Shown here: positions 45,786 through 54,919 of the stretch, in pieces
Layout of the letters: every line of letters starts with the position of its first letter
How positions within the stretch are numbered: the first letter of the stretch is position 1
NCBI GenBank assembly: GCA_020427965.1
Contig: JAGQNT010000188.1
Span: 708 to 64,707, forward strand
Source of the DNA: Candidatus Saccharimonadota bacterium
Lineage (GTDB): Bacteria > Patescibacteriota > Saccharimonadia > Saccharimonadales > UBA4665
Direction: 5' to 3'
DNA length: 64,000 nt
Notes under the pieces: generated by a model
The model's input: only the letters and a program-made list of their open reading frames with translations
Database searches by the model: none
What the model was told of the DNA's origin: nothing
Translations under genes and position numbers: made by a program

Positions 45786-46997
45786 ATGAAAGTATTAATG
45801 CTTGGGTGGGAGTTGCCACCTCACAATAGCGGGGGTTTAGGTGTAGCATGCTATCACCTGTGTAAGTCGCTCGCTAAAAAAGACATTGATATCGAGTTTG
45901 TACTCCCCTACGACTCCGCTGAAGACCACGAATTTATGAAAGTAACTGCCGCCATGCCCTACGGCGTCAAAACTATCCTGAAAGCCGGTATTGCGTACGA
46001 CAGCTACAAATACGTCTACAAGGATGGCAAGATCGAATGGCACGACATCTACAGTCAGCAGGCCGGCTACGAGGCCGCCGTTGATGCCTTATCAGATGAG
46101 ACCGACTTCGACATCGTACACGCCCATGACTGGCTTACCTTCCGTGCGGCCATGCGCCTGAAGGTCAAGCGTGATGTACCAATCGTTCTCCATGTCCACT
46201 CCGTTGAACGAGATCGCGCCGGAGGTAACGCTGGCAATCCAATGGTTCGAGAAATTGAGGAGATGGCCTTCCACATGGCGGATCACATTATCGCAGTCAG
46301 TGGGCACACCAAGAAAATGATCCACCAAGACTACAATATCCCGCTGGAAAATATAGAGGTCGTCCACAATAGCCTTGAAGCGAGCACGATCGAACCATTA
46401 GACCAGGACAACACCTATCGCTACCTAGAATCATTGCGTGGCCAAGGTTACAGAATTGTAACCAACATCGGTCGGCTAACCATCCAGAAAGGCCTCCCTA
46501 ATCTATTGCGAGCTGCCCAACTTGTGGTACAACAACGCCCCAAGACGATGTTTTTGATTGTTGGTAGTGGCGAGCAATACGTTGAACTCATCGAACTAGC
46601 TGCCGAGCTTGGTATCGGCAAAAACGTTATCTTCACTGGTTTTTTGCGTGGCAAGGCCTGGCGTGACGCCTTTGCCATTTCAGATTTGTTTGTCATGCCA
46701 TCAGTATCCGAGCCATTCGGCCTCACACCCCTGGAGGCCGCTGGCTACGGAACACCATCTATGGTCAGTAAGACCTCCGGCGTGAGCGAGATCCTTTACC
46801 ATGCTCTGAAAGTCGACTATTGGGACGTGGACGAAATGGCTAACCAAATCCTGGCTGTCGTCAATAATGATCCGCTGCGTGACCAACTGACGGAAGGTGC
46901 TCAAACAGAAGTCTTTAAGATGTCGTGGAGCAAGGCAGCTGATCGTATTTTTGACATCTACGATCATCACCTACGCCGAAAGGCGGTTGCAGTATGA
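45786..46997 (+). CDS. Glycosyltransferase family 4 (glycogen/alpha-glucan synthase-like)
   Basis: MKVLMLGWELPPHNSGGLGVA and SEPFGLTPLEAAGYG. Confidence 0.8.
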   Translation: MKVLMLGWELPPHNSGGLGVACYHLCKSLAKKDIDIEFVLPYDSAEDHEFMKVTAAMPYGVKTILKAGIAYDSYKYVYKDGKIEWHDIYSQQAGYEAAVDALSDETDFDIVHAHDWLTFRAAMRLKVKRDVPIVLHVHSVERDRAGGNAGNPMVREIEEMAFHMADHIIAVSGHTKKMIHQDYNIPLENIEVVHNSLEASTIEPLDQDNTYRYLESLRGQGYRIVTNIGRLTIQKGLPNLLRAAQLVVQQRPKTMFLIVGSGEQYVELIELAAELGIGKNVIFTGFLRGKAWRDAFAISDLFVMPSVSEPFGLTPLEAAGYGTPSMVSKTSGVSEILYHALKVDYWDVDEMANQILAVVNNDPLRDQLTEGAQTEVFKMSWSKAADRIFDIYDHHLRRKAVAV

Positions 46998-48205
46998 GCA
47001 CAAAGGCTATTGTCCTGTATCTGCACGTCCATCAGCCCTACCGGGTTCGTCACTACACCGCTCTAGACACTGGCAAGACGCACGATTATTTCGATGCAGA
47101 TTACGACCATCAGACAAGTAATGAACGCATTTTGAAGAAAGTCGCCGAAAAGTCCTACTTACCGACGAATAAGCGGCTACTGAAACTACTCGAACACCAC
47201 CCCGAGTTCAAACTAAGCTTATCCATAACCGGTACGGTACTGGAGCAGTTAGAAAAGTGGTCTCCAGACGTCCTTCGTTCTTTCCAGGATCTCGTCAAAA
47301 CTGGCCGTGTTGAGATCGTTGCCGAGACGTATCACCACAGTTTGGCTTTCTTCTATTCTCGGCCCGAGTTTGAAATCCAGGTTGACATGCACAAGGCCAA
47401 AGTAATGGAATTATTCGGTGTTGAACCAGCCGTCTTCCGTAATACCGAGCTGTCCTACAATAACGATATTGCAGCCTGGGCCGAACAAGCTGGCTACAAG
47501 GGCGTACTGGCCGAAGGTTGGGACCCGGTACTCGACTGGCGTAGCGCCAATTACGTCTACCGTCCGACTGGTACCGATCACATAAAGCTATTGATGAAAA
47601 ATTACAAGCTCAGTGATGACATCGCCTTTCGCTTTGGCGACCGCGAATGGGCAGAATGGCCACTGACAGCCGACAAATTCGCCCACTGGCTCAGCGAAAC
47701 AGGCGATGCGACTAATTTTGACCTTTTCATGGACTATGAAACTTTCGGTGAACACCAATGGGAAGATAGCGGAATTTTTGAATTCCTAGAAACGTTGCCG
47801 GCCGAATGGCTCAAGGGTGAGGGCCATACTTTCATGACTGTTAGTGAAGCGTGTGATGCTTTCGAACCAGTTGACGAAATTGACGTCCAGTTCACGACGA
47901 CCTGGGCTGATACTGAACGAGACCTTAGCGCGTGGCTTGGTAACAAGATCCAACAACAGTCCATCCACGCTCTGTATGACCTCCAGGACAGCATATTACA
48001 CACTGGCGATCTTGCGCTCATCGAAGACTGGCGACGGTTACAGACATCAGACCATTTCTACTACATGTGTACCAAGTGGTGGAATGACGGTGATATTCAC
48101 GCCTACTTCAGTCCGTATGATTCACCGTACGAGGCTTACATTAACTTTATGAACGCATACCATGATCTGAGATTCCGCCTGAGTGAAAAGGGCGTCTCGG
48201 TCTAA
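46994..48205 (+). CDS. Glycoside hydrolase family 57 protein
   Basis: LYLHVHQPYRV N-terminus, then ETYHHSL...DYETFGEHQWE. Confidence 0.8.
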   Translation: MSTKAIVLYLHVHQPYRVRHYTALDTGKTHDYFDADYDHQTSNERILKKVAEKSYLPTNKRLLKLLEHHPEFKLSLSITGTVLEQLEKWSPDVLRSFQDLVKTGRVEIVAETYHHSLAFFYSRPEFEIQVDMHKAKVMELFGVEPAVFRNTELSYNNDIAAWAEQAGYKGVLAEGWDPVLDWRSANYVYRPTGTDHIKLLMKNYKLSDDIAFRFGDREWAEWPLTADKFAHWLSETGDATNFDLFMDYETFGEHQWEDSGIFEFLETLPAEWLKGEGHTFMTVSEACDAFEPVDEIDVQFTTTWADTERDLSAWLGNKIQQQSIHALYDLQDSILHTGDLALIEDWRRLQTSDHFYYMCTKWWNDGDIHAYFSPYDSPYEAYINFMNAYHDLRFRLSEKGVSV

Positions 48206-50193
48206 TGGCCCGCCCGGTCGTACTCAGTAATGGGCAAGTTTTTGTTGGGCTCGACGAAAATGGCTTGGTCCATGACTTCTATTACCCATATGTAGGTCTG
48301 GATAACCTCGCAAATGCGCGTAAGTCTGCCCATAAGATAGGCCTATGGATTGACGGTAAGTTTAGCTGGACCGAAAACACAGGCTGGGTAATCACAACTG
48401 ATTTTGACAGTGATGCCCTAGTCAGTAGCGTTCAAATGCGTTCTGACGCGCTAAAAGTGGTTTTAGAGTTCCGAGATTTTGTTGATTCGGAGCACAATGC
48501 GTTTGTACGCTGTGTTGCCATACGTAACCTAGCTGAAAAAGCACGAGAAATACGCCTCTTTATGCACCAAGTTTTTGAAATATCACGAGCTGGCCGCGGC
48601 GACACGGCTATGTATGTACCAGACGACAACTACATCCTTGATTACAAAGGTCGCTGCTGCTTGCTGATTGGTGGCAGACAGGGTGACGGCTCCAGTTTTG
48701 ACCAGTACTCAGTAGGTAATTATGGTATCGAAGGCAAAGAAGGCACGTTCGTTGACGCCGAAGACGGTGAACTGACCAATAATCCTATCGAACACGGTGG
48801 CGTTGATAGCGTTATTCGGTTCGTGAACCGAGTTGAGCCTGGCCAAAGCACCCATCTTGACTATTGGGTGGTAGCGGCAGACAGCCAATCAGACGCACAA
48901 ATTATTCACGAAAAATTAATGGGGGACATGGCGGACCAGTGGATGCATTCAACCAGACAATACTGGCACAACTGGCTGCAGACAAGCGACGACAAATTGT
49001 CTCGCATGGGCGAAGCCGACCGACGTCTGACACGCAAAAGTATGATGGTCGTCAAGGCGCATTGTGATGCTCGGGGCTCTATTCTCGCGAGTGGTGACTC
49101 CAGTATTTTTAATTATGGTCGTGATTATTACTGTTATTGCTGGCCACGCGATGCCGCGTACGCCATGTGGCCCCTGCTGCGCCTCGGTGAATTCGACGAG
49201 GCACGCAAGTTTTTTGAGTTCGCTCGTGACACCATGCACCCCGACGGATATCTGATGCATAAGTATCAGCCCGATCGAGCTATTGGCAGCACCTGGCATC
49301 CCCTCGTCCATGGTCGTGCCAAGGAGCTAGCTATTCAGGAGGACGAGACTGCCATAGTTGTATACATGATGGGTTTGTACTACAAAGCAACGAAAGACAA
49401 GGCATTTCTGGAAAGTTTCTATGAAACATTTATCGCCAAAGCCGCTCAGTTTATGTCCGAGTTTGTGGACGAGGCAACAGGCTTACCTCACGCCAGCTAT
49501 GACCTGTGGGAAGAAAAGTTCCTAACAAACACATATACGGTGTCGACCGTCATAGCCGCCCTAGAAGTGGCCTCAGAGCTGGCTACCGAGCAGAATCACC
49601 CTGATGACGCCGTGTACTGGCAGAAAATCGCTGGCCAGATGCGACAATCGATGGATGCGCTGTATCACCCCGACGGTTATTTCAGGAAAGGTTTCCTACT
49701 GCAACCGGACGGCAGCTTGGCATACGATGACACCCTTGATATTTCAAGCCTGTACGGTCCGCTAATGTTTGCGAATTTTGATACTGACGATCCTCGTATG
49801 GTTGGCACCCTAAAGGCGGTCGAACAGAAACTGCACAATGCCACGCCCATCGGTGGTGTTATCCGTTACGAAGGTGACACCTACTTCCGCGACAAAAAGC
49901 AGTACAGCGGTAACCCATGGATAGTGTGTAGTTTGTGGCTGGCGCAGTACTATCAGGTCATGGGCTTGCACGACAAAGCCTCGCAACTGCTCGATTGGGC
50001 CAAGAAACGTGCCTATTCCAGTGGTATTATGAGCGAACAGTTCGATCCCGTGACTGGCTTTTCGCTCGGCGTCGCGCCACTGGTGTGGAGTCATGCCGAG
50101 TTTATTAACACCGCCCTTGATCTAATGCAACGTCCAGAGTCCAAAAAACCGCTCGACACGAGCGGTTCCGATGGCGAATATATCCTAACCTAA
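48205..50193 (+). CDS. Glycoside hydrolase family 15 (glucoamylase/glucodextranase-like)
   Basis: YCWPRDAAYA, LWEEK, and a GH15 (alpha/alpha)6-like C-terminus (PLVWSHAEF). Confidence 0.85.
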   Translation: MARPVVLSNGQVFVGLDENGLVHDFYYPYVGLDNLANARKSAHKIGLWIDGKFSWTENTGWVITTDFDSDALVSSVQMRSDALKVVLEFRDFVDSEHNAFVRCVAIRNLAEKAREIRLFMHQVFEISRAGRGDTAMYVPDDNYILDYKGRCCLLIGGRQGDGSSFDQYSVGNYGIEGKEGTFVDAEDGELTNNPIEHGGVDSVIRFVNRVEPGQSTHLDYWVVAADSQSDAQIIHEKLMGDMADQWMHSTRQYWHNWLQTSDDKLSRMGEADRRLTRKSMMVVKAHCDARGSILASGDSSIFNYGRDYYCYCWPRDAAYAMWPLLRLGEFDEARKFFEFARDTMHPDGYLMHKYQPDRAIGSTWHPLVHGRAKELAIQEDETAIVVYMMGLYYKATKDKAFLESFYETFIAKAAQFMSEFVDEATGLPHASYDLWEEKFLTNTYTVSTVIAALEVASELATEQNHPDDAVYWQKIAGQMRQSMDALYHPDGYFRKGFLLQPDGSLAYDDTLDISSLYGPLMFANFDTDDPRMVGTLKAVEQKLHNATPIGGVIRYEGDTYFRDKKQYSGNPWIVCSLWLAQYYQVMGLHDKASQLLDWAKKRAYSSGIMSEQFDPVTGFSLGVAPLVWSHAEFINTALDLMQRPESKKPLDTSGSDGEYILT

Positions 50194-50194
50194 G

Positions 50195-50398
50195 CTACTT
50201 CTTTGGTTTTACTTCGTTACGACCGAGATTTTTCTTGGTTTCAGTAAAGACAACATGTTTACGTAACTTGGGGCTGTATTTACGCAAGCTCAACTTGTCA
50301 GGAGTATTCATAGTGTTTTTGCTGGTGTAATAAATACGCTCGCCACTCTCTTCAGAGACAAGTCCAATCAACTTACGCTTTTCGCCTTTTTTGGCCAT
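50195..50398 (-). CDS. rpmG: 50S ribosomal protein L33
   Basis: [53 protein letters not shown] is L33-like, with a short C-terminal tail. Confidence 0.9.
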   Translation of the reverse strand: MAKKGEKRKLIGLVSEESGERIYYTSKNTMNTPDKLSLRKYSPKLRKHVVFTETKKNLGRNEVKPKK

Positions 50399-50482
50399 CT
50401 TGTAGAATCCTATTCGTTATCGTTGCTATTGCTTTGATAACATTTTAACAGATATGGAGTGGGCTGTAAACTATCCAAAGGC

Positions 50483-50518
50483 ACAAAAATAGGAGTTGAT
50501 CAAACTCCTTATTTTTGT
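50483..50518. terminator. Bidirectional terminator-like hairpin
   Basis: ACAAAAAT-AGGAGTT-GATCA-AACTCCT-TATTTTTGT. Confidence 0.5.
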
Positions 50519-50762
50519 ATCCTTGCAAGAATGTTGTTTGTAAGTGTTCGTTTTTTACGCGTTCATCTTACATATTCGTAAACTAGCATAGTGCTTACGC
50601 TTTTGTCAAGCCCTATTGCATGTGTTCGAGCTTTTTTATACCCCCGCGAAGGTTGCGGGGGTATCGGGTGCTTTAGCTTGAAGCTCTTTAGAACCAAATA
50701 TCGTTCTTAAGCACGTCTCTATATAACTACGTTTAACTTAAGCTTGGCTGTGATTATTTTTA

Positions 50763-51490
50763 CTATGCGACTGTGATTTTCTTAAAGCCCTGTTCGTCAA
50801 GCGATTGAGAAATGAGCGTATAAAGATTATCCCAGTCAGGGGCGGTTGCTTCTGGCGACCAGTCGTGTCCAGTTTGGTTGTATGCCCGGCCCAGTACAAA
50901 TGTAGCAACGTTGGCTTTCCTAGAACTTATGGCGTTAGCAATACTGTCCTCAACCATAATGTGTGCACCTAGTTTATCTCGCAAAATCGTGCCTTTGTCG
51001 GCCTGTGTTTCGCCTATAAAATCTGGGTCGCCAGAGAAATGCAGTTCGTCTATTAGGTTGTCGTCACCCTCGCCAACGCCAAAATGTTCACCAAGTGCCC
51101 TAAGCGTTACGTCCTCAAGGTTGCCTTTATCTCGTGCAGTCAGGGCGTGTAGTGATGCACCATACTCGTGCTTGAGTCGTGCAAGAACTTCTCTCGCACC
51201 AGGTATCAACAGGTAATTGGCAACATACTTTTGCGCACCATAAAAGCCGTCATCAAACTTTCCGCCAGTTTCTTTGTCGGTTTCCATGCCGCCCTCGTGC
51301 CAATGGCGGAACTTCTCCTTATCGTGCTTGGCATTATGTCAAAGATGTCCTCAACCTTATAGTCAGTACCGTGTATGCTGTTCCAACGCTCAACGGCGTG
51401 TTGCGGAGTGTCAAATAATACTCCGTCAATGTCTACGACAATAACCGGATTTTCTTTCAATACTTCTGGACCTGTCGATTGTTCTGTCAT
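50763..51490 (-). pseudogene. HAD-superfamily (5'(3')-deoxyribonucleotidase-like) gene split by a 1-nt frameshift
   Basis: The N-terminal ORF carries HAD motif I (VVDIDGVLFDT). The C-terminal ORF continues in another frame. Both frames read through only around 51332-51340 (...VEDIFDI / NAKHDKEKFRHWHEGGMETDK...). Confidence 0.6.
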
Positions 51491-51509
51491 GGTTATTCGT
51501 ATCAATTAA

Positions 51510-51584
<75 letters not shown>

Positions 51585-51627
51585 ATTTAACCCGTCAATA
51601 GTAGCAAAGTTACAGCGTATTTGCTAG

Positions 51628-51951
51628 TTAAGACGGAATGAGTTCGACGGCATCTTGCAACAGCCGATAGTGTCGATGGACGTGCTCATGAGCACTCAGC
51701 ACTTCGCCGACTATACTTCTTGGTGGCCGTGACGCATCACCTATTACAAGCCAATCAAATTCTATGACCGGTGGCACGGTCTGCATCAGATGATCTATCG
51801 CATCATAAACGTCTTGCGTGCCCAGGGTTTCTTGGCCTCGTTGCTGTAACCCGCGTAGTATTTCGAAGCCCGTAAACCATCCATCACGCTCAGGTGGTAC
51901 GGTGCGGTTCTCGGTCAGGAAATCTTGAACAAGGTGTGTTGTCTCTGTCAT
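51628..51951 (-). CDS. Hypothetical 107-aa protein
   Basis: Start set at MTETTHLVQDF, because the longer track ORF runs through the RNA element upstream. Confidence 0.45.
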   Translation of the reverse strand: MTETTHLVQDFLTENRTVPPERDGWFTGFEILRGLQQRGQETLGTQDVYDAIDHLMQTVPPVIEFDWLVIGDASRPPRSIVGEVLSAHEHVHRHYRLLQDAVELIPS

Positions 51952-51993
51952 GGTGATACTATACAACAGGTTTGATGGAAAGCAATGATTTAT

Positions 51994-52140
51994 GTTGGGG
52001 AGAGGGATTCGACCTGCGTTCCGCAGGCCCGAAACTTCACGATGACAAGCACAGCTTGTCTCGGAAGATTTCCTTGCGAATTGCCACAGGCAATTCTCAC
52101 CCCGAAGGCTTTCCATCGAGTGTGCGAAGCTTTCTCTACC
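51994..52140 (-). ncRNA. tRNA-Tyr-like T-arm fragment carrying an 86-nt insertion, homologous to the one in the tRNA-Trp copy
   Basis: Minus-sense ...AGCCTTCGGGG-T-[86 nt, 52098-52013]-TCGAAT-CCCTC-TCCCC. The flanks match the 3' part of tRNA-Tyr (11 plus 15 nt). The first 27 nt of the insert match the Trp insert apart from a compensatory pair. Confidence 0.4.
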
Positions 52141-52149
52141 AATCTAAAA

Positions 52150-52170
52150 AGCCACCTTACGGTGGCATCT
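52150..52170 (-). terminator. Terminator-like hairpin after tRNA-Tyr
   Basis: Minus-strand GCCACC-GTAA-GGTGGC followed by TTTTT. Confidence 0.55.
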
Positions 52171-52175
52171 TAGAT

Positions 52176-52260
52176 TGGTGCAGGGAGAGGGATTCGAACC
52201 CCCGAAGGCTGAGCCAGATGATTTACAGTCACCCGTGTTTGACCGCTTCACTATCCCTGC
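52176..52260 (-). tRNA. tRNA-Tyr (anticodon GUA), long variable arm, CCA encoded
   Basis: Hand-folded: GCAGGGA/TCCCTGC acceptor, anticodon loop CTGTAAA, variable arm GGC-TCA-GCC, T-arm GGGGG-TTCGAAT-CCCTC. Confidence 0.9.
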
Positions 52261-52328
52261 AGATTAGGAGCGTTACGCTCCTGCTTTGATTGAAGGTGCT
52301 TCCCTTTTTGCGAAAAAGAGACGAAAAC

Positions 52329-52405
52329 TGGAGCCACCTGTCGGATTCGAACCGACGACCCTCGGTTTACAAAACCGATGCTCTAACCAGCTGAGCTAAG
52401 GTGGC
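52329..52405 (-). tRNA. tRNA-Thr (anticodon UGU), CCA encoded
   Basis: Hand-folded: GCCACCT/AGGTGGC acceptor, anticodon loop TTTGTAA, T-arm GTCGG-TTCGAAT-CCGAC. Confidence 0.9.
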
Positions 52406-52453
52406 ACTCTAACTCAAAAATTGTACCAGAACAGAGGTAATGTGACAACTATC

Positions 52454-53107
52454 CTATATCACGACCCGACGAGGGCGAATGGCACGTTTGGATTTGTGAG
52501 AGCTGGCAATCAACTTCTTAAGTCGATCAGCCACAATGTCCGCTTCTGCCTCCATGCCTTGGCTTTCGTAGGCCTTTTGGAGTAGTGTGAGAGTTTCTTT
52601 GTTTGGCTCCAACTCGACAGCACGCTCTAACTCCTGGAACATCAGCTTGGTGTTGCCGAGCTTTTCAACGACCTTGGCATAGGCCACGTGACGTGCGGCC
52701 AGCTCGTCCTCGAGCTTTAGGGCCTGTTCAAAGGCGATAGCCGCCTTTTCGTAGTTTTCGGTCTCGTAATAAATTAACCCTAAGTTATGTAGGCTGGAAG
52801 CGGTCGCTTCGATACTACTGGCAATCTCAAAACAGTCAATGGCGTCCTTGTACTCCTTCTGTTTGGCGTAGAGGATACCTAGGCGGTTATACGCTGCTGC
52901 GTTCTTTTCGTCGATCTTTAGTATGGTCAGCAGAGCCTTTTCGGCACGCAGAAAACGGTTTTCGCGCATACCCTGGTGTGCAATGTCCCACAGACGGCCT
53001 AGTCGATCACCAACACGTCGGGAGACTTCAGCGAACTCGTCGTCGCGGATACGAGAGTTTCGATAGCTAAACCAGCCAAATGCGGCTACGATTGCTAGTT
53101 CAAACAT
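52454..53107 (-). CDS. TPR-repeat protein with N-terminal membrane anchor
   Basis: Repeated A-x-x-Y-N-L-G/Y-x-x-A 34-mer patterns (AAAYNRLGILYAKQKEYKDAI and others). Confidence 0.75.
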   Translation of the reverse strand: MFELAIVAAFGWFSYRNSRIRDDEFAEVSRRVGDRLGRLWDIAHQGMRENRFLRAEKALLTILKIDEKNAAAYNRLGILYAKQKEYKDAIDCFEIASSIEATASSLHNLGLIYYETENYEKAAIAFEQALKLEDELAARHVAYAKVVEKLGNTKLMFQELERAVELEPNKETLTLLQKAYESQGMEAEADIVADRLKKLIASSHKSKRAIRPRRVVI

Positions 53108-53162
53108 GCGAGCATAAGTATAACAGTTTGAAGTAGTATTGCATACTGCTTCTGGGGTAAAA

Positions 53163-53193
53163 CCCGTCCTAGGGCCTGTAGATGCGTCACAGG
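53163..53193. repeat. 31-nt GC-rich intergenic repeat (copy 2)
   Basis: CCCGTCCTAGGGCCTGTAGATGCGTCACAGG, between the holB stop and the TPR gene start. Confidence 0.8.
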
Positions 53194-53207
53194 GGCACTT
53201 TGGAGGC

Positions 53208-54116
53208 CTAGAAACTCAGTAGGTAGCGGGAAAGGACCAGTTTTGGTTGCACATAGCGGCTGAGATCCTCGCCGGCAGCTAGCGCACCCGCTAGTATCTG
53301 GCGCCATTTCTTGAGCTGATTTGGGGTAATAGTAGGACTCTTTAGCGCAATTGAGGCCATTTGGCCCAGCATGGCGCAGGTGTCGATCGCCAACTGCCTT
53401 TCTTTGGCCAGCTGATCTACGAGGCATTGTCGTTCGAAAACGGTTGCCGAAAGCACATTGCGGGCCTGTTGCGCAGCGGCCTGCAGTGGATGCCCCTGGT
53501 CTTCCTCCAGGAGTGCTGCCATCAGGCCCGGCAGACCGCCACTCATACGTAACGCCCTCACGACTGCTTCATTCGTATGTCCCGCTTGCTCAAAATAGCC
53601 AATGAGCGCATCCTGCGTTGGCTTGGTGATTGCAAAGTGCTGCACTCGAGAACGAATTGTTGGCAACAGTGCGTGTTCGCTAGCTGCGGTTAGTATAAAC
53701 ACACTATCCTTTGGCGGTTCTTCCAATAACTTTAGGAGCGCATTTTGTGCCTCAACAGACATGACATGACTATCCTCGATGATTGCCACCCGTGTAATTC
53801 GTTTGTTGGTGGTAGTTTTTAGGCTCATAAAGTGTTGTAGATTCCGGACTACCTCAATACCAATGCCACCTTTCAGGGGAGATATCTTCAAAATGCCCGG
53901 TTCCAGGCTCGCATCCGCATGATCTGAGGCCAATAGGCGGAGTGCTAATGCAGTCGCAAGACTCCCCTTGCCTAGCCCACTCAGGCCACTCATCATCAAG
54001 GCCTGTCCAGGGTTGGCAGCAAATTGATCAACAGACTCCTGTGTGCGAGGATGAACAACGAAATTAGCCACGAACTGCCGCCTTGAAAGATTTAGGGACA
54101 GGTACCGTGAATACAT
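53208..54116 (-). CDS. holB: DNA polymerase III delta' subunit-like AAA+ protein
   Basis: GLSGLGKGSLA P-loop-like, IIEDSHVMS, LLKLLEEPP, and SRVQ sensor. Start uncertain: the track ORF overlaps the upstream gene by 53 nt. Confidence 0.7.
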   Translation of the reverse strand: MYSRYLSLNLSRRQFVANFVVHPRTQESVDQFAANPGQALMMSGLSGLGKGSLATALALRLLASDHADASLEPGILKISPLKGGIGIEVVRNLQHFMSLKTTTNKRITRVAIIEDSHVMSVEAQNALLKLLEEPPKDSVFILTAASEHALLPTIRSRVQHFAITKPTQDALIGYFEQAGHTNEAVVRALRMSGGLPGLMAALLEEDQGHPLQAAAQQARNVLSATVFERQCLVDQLAKERQLAIDTCAMLGQMASIALKSPTITPNQLKKWRQILAGALAAGEDLSRYVQPKLVLSRYLLSF

Positions 54117-54918
54117 GACGTTCTCTGTTAGGCAGCGTCAGCTCCAAACGGTAGGCATGCAGCATCATCCGCTTGGCTTCCGGGCCACCATATAGGGTAT
54201 CACCGACAATGGGATGACCCAGGTTTGACAGATGTACGCGCAGCTGGTGGGTACGTCCGGTTTCGGGGTTGAGCTCCAGCAGTGCGTATTTGTCACCAGA
54301 TTCCATTACCTTATATGCGGTGACGGCAGACTTGCCATTGGCATGGACCCGGAAAGTTGCCGGCGCTTTCGGGTTTCGCTCTAGGGGCATATCAATAATA
54401 GCCTCGGGCTGCTTGGGTGTGCCGACCACAACTGCGTAGTATGTTTTCTTGGTGCGTCGCTGCGAAAACTGACGTTGCAGCCATTTTAGTGCCTCTGGTG
54501 TCTTGGCACAGATCATGACACCAGATGTAGCGCGATCCAGTCGGTGTACAATACCGGCCCTCTCACCTGTGACTTTGGTTTTACTGCGGAGCCAGGTTTC
54601 GACGGTAGGCTCAGGATTAAACTGGCCCTTGCTATGAGTCAGCAAGCCTACGGGCTTATTAATAACGATGCAGTCGTCATCTTCGTACAGTACATCTAGT
54701 TTTATTTCAGGAATATCAGCCAATTCTTTCAGATCAAAGTTGACTTTTACCTGGTCGCCTTCACGCAACTTATAGCCTGGCTTGGTCTGGACTTCTTTAT
54801 TGACGGTCACCTTGCCCTCTTCGATCAATTTAGTACCGTAGGCACGGCTGAGTTCTGGAATCAATTCCACCACTTTTTGATCCAACCGCTTTGCTCTGGA
54901 TATTTCGAGGTTCGCCAT
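54064..54918 (-). CDS. RluA/RluD-family pseudouridine synthase
   Basis: N-terminal S4 domain and catalytic HRLDRATSGVM motif. Confidence 0.9.
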   Translation of the reverse strand: MANLEISRAKRLDQKVVELIPELSRAYGTKLIEEGKVTVNKEVQTKPGYKLREGDQVKVNFDLKELADIPEIKLDVLYEDDDCIVINKPVGLLTHSKGQFNPEPTVETWLRSKTKVTGERAGIVHRLDRATSGVMICAKTPEALKWLQRQFSQRRTKKTYYAVVVGTPKQPEAIIDMPLERNPKAPATFRVHANGKSAVTAYKVMESGDKYALLELNPETGRTHQLRVHLSNLGHPIVGDTLYGGPEAKRMMLHAYRLELTLPNRERHVFTVPVPKSFKAAVRG

Positions 54919-54919
54919 A

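Noticed and set aside
50630-50670. The hairpin TACCCCCGC-GAAGGTT-GCGGGGGTA might be an intrinsic terminator.
   Set aside because: The T-run precedes rather than follows the stem on the plus strand, and an A-run follows it on the minus strand. It therefore fits a rho-independent terminator on neither strand.
51996-52170. The plus-strand sequence GGGGAGAGGGATTCGACCTGCG... looks like a tmRNA 5' end (GGGG...GGATTCGAC).
   Set aside because: It is simply the reverse complement of a T-arm (GTCGAATCCC). No tag reading frame or tmRNA 3' tRNA-like end follows. A tmRNA of normal length would run through two minus-strand tRNA genes. The homologous Trp locus fixes the sense strand as minus.
51972-52289. 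Track ORFs 51972-52289(+) and 51985-52173(+), and the first 55 aa of ORF 51628-52116(-).
   Set aside because: They cover tRNA-Tyr and the tRNA-like element. The minus-strand protein starts plausibly at 51951.
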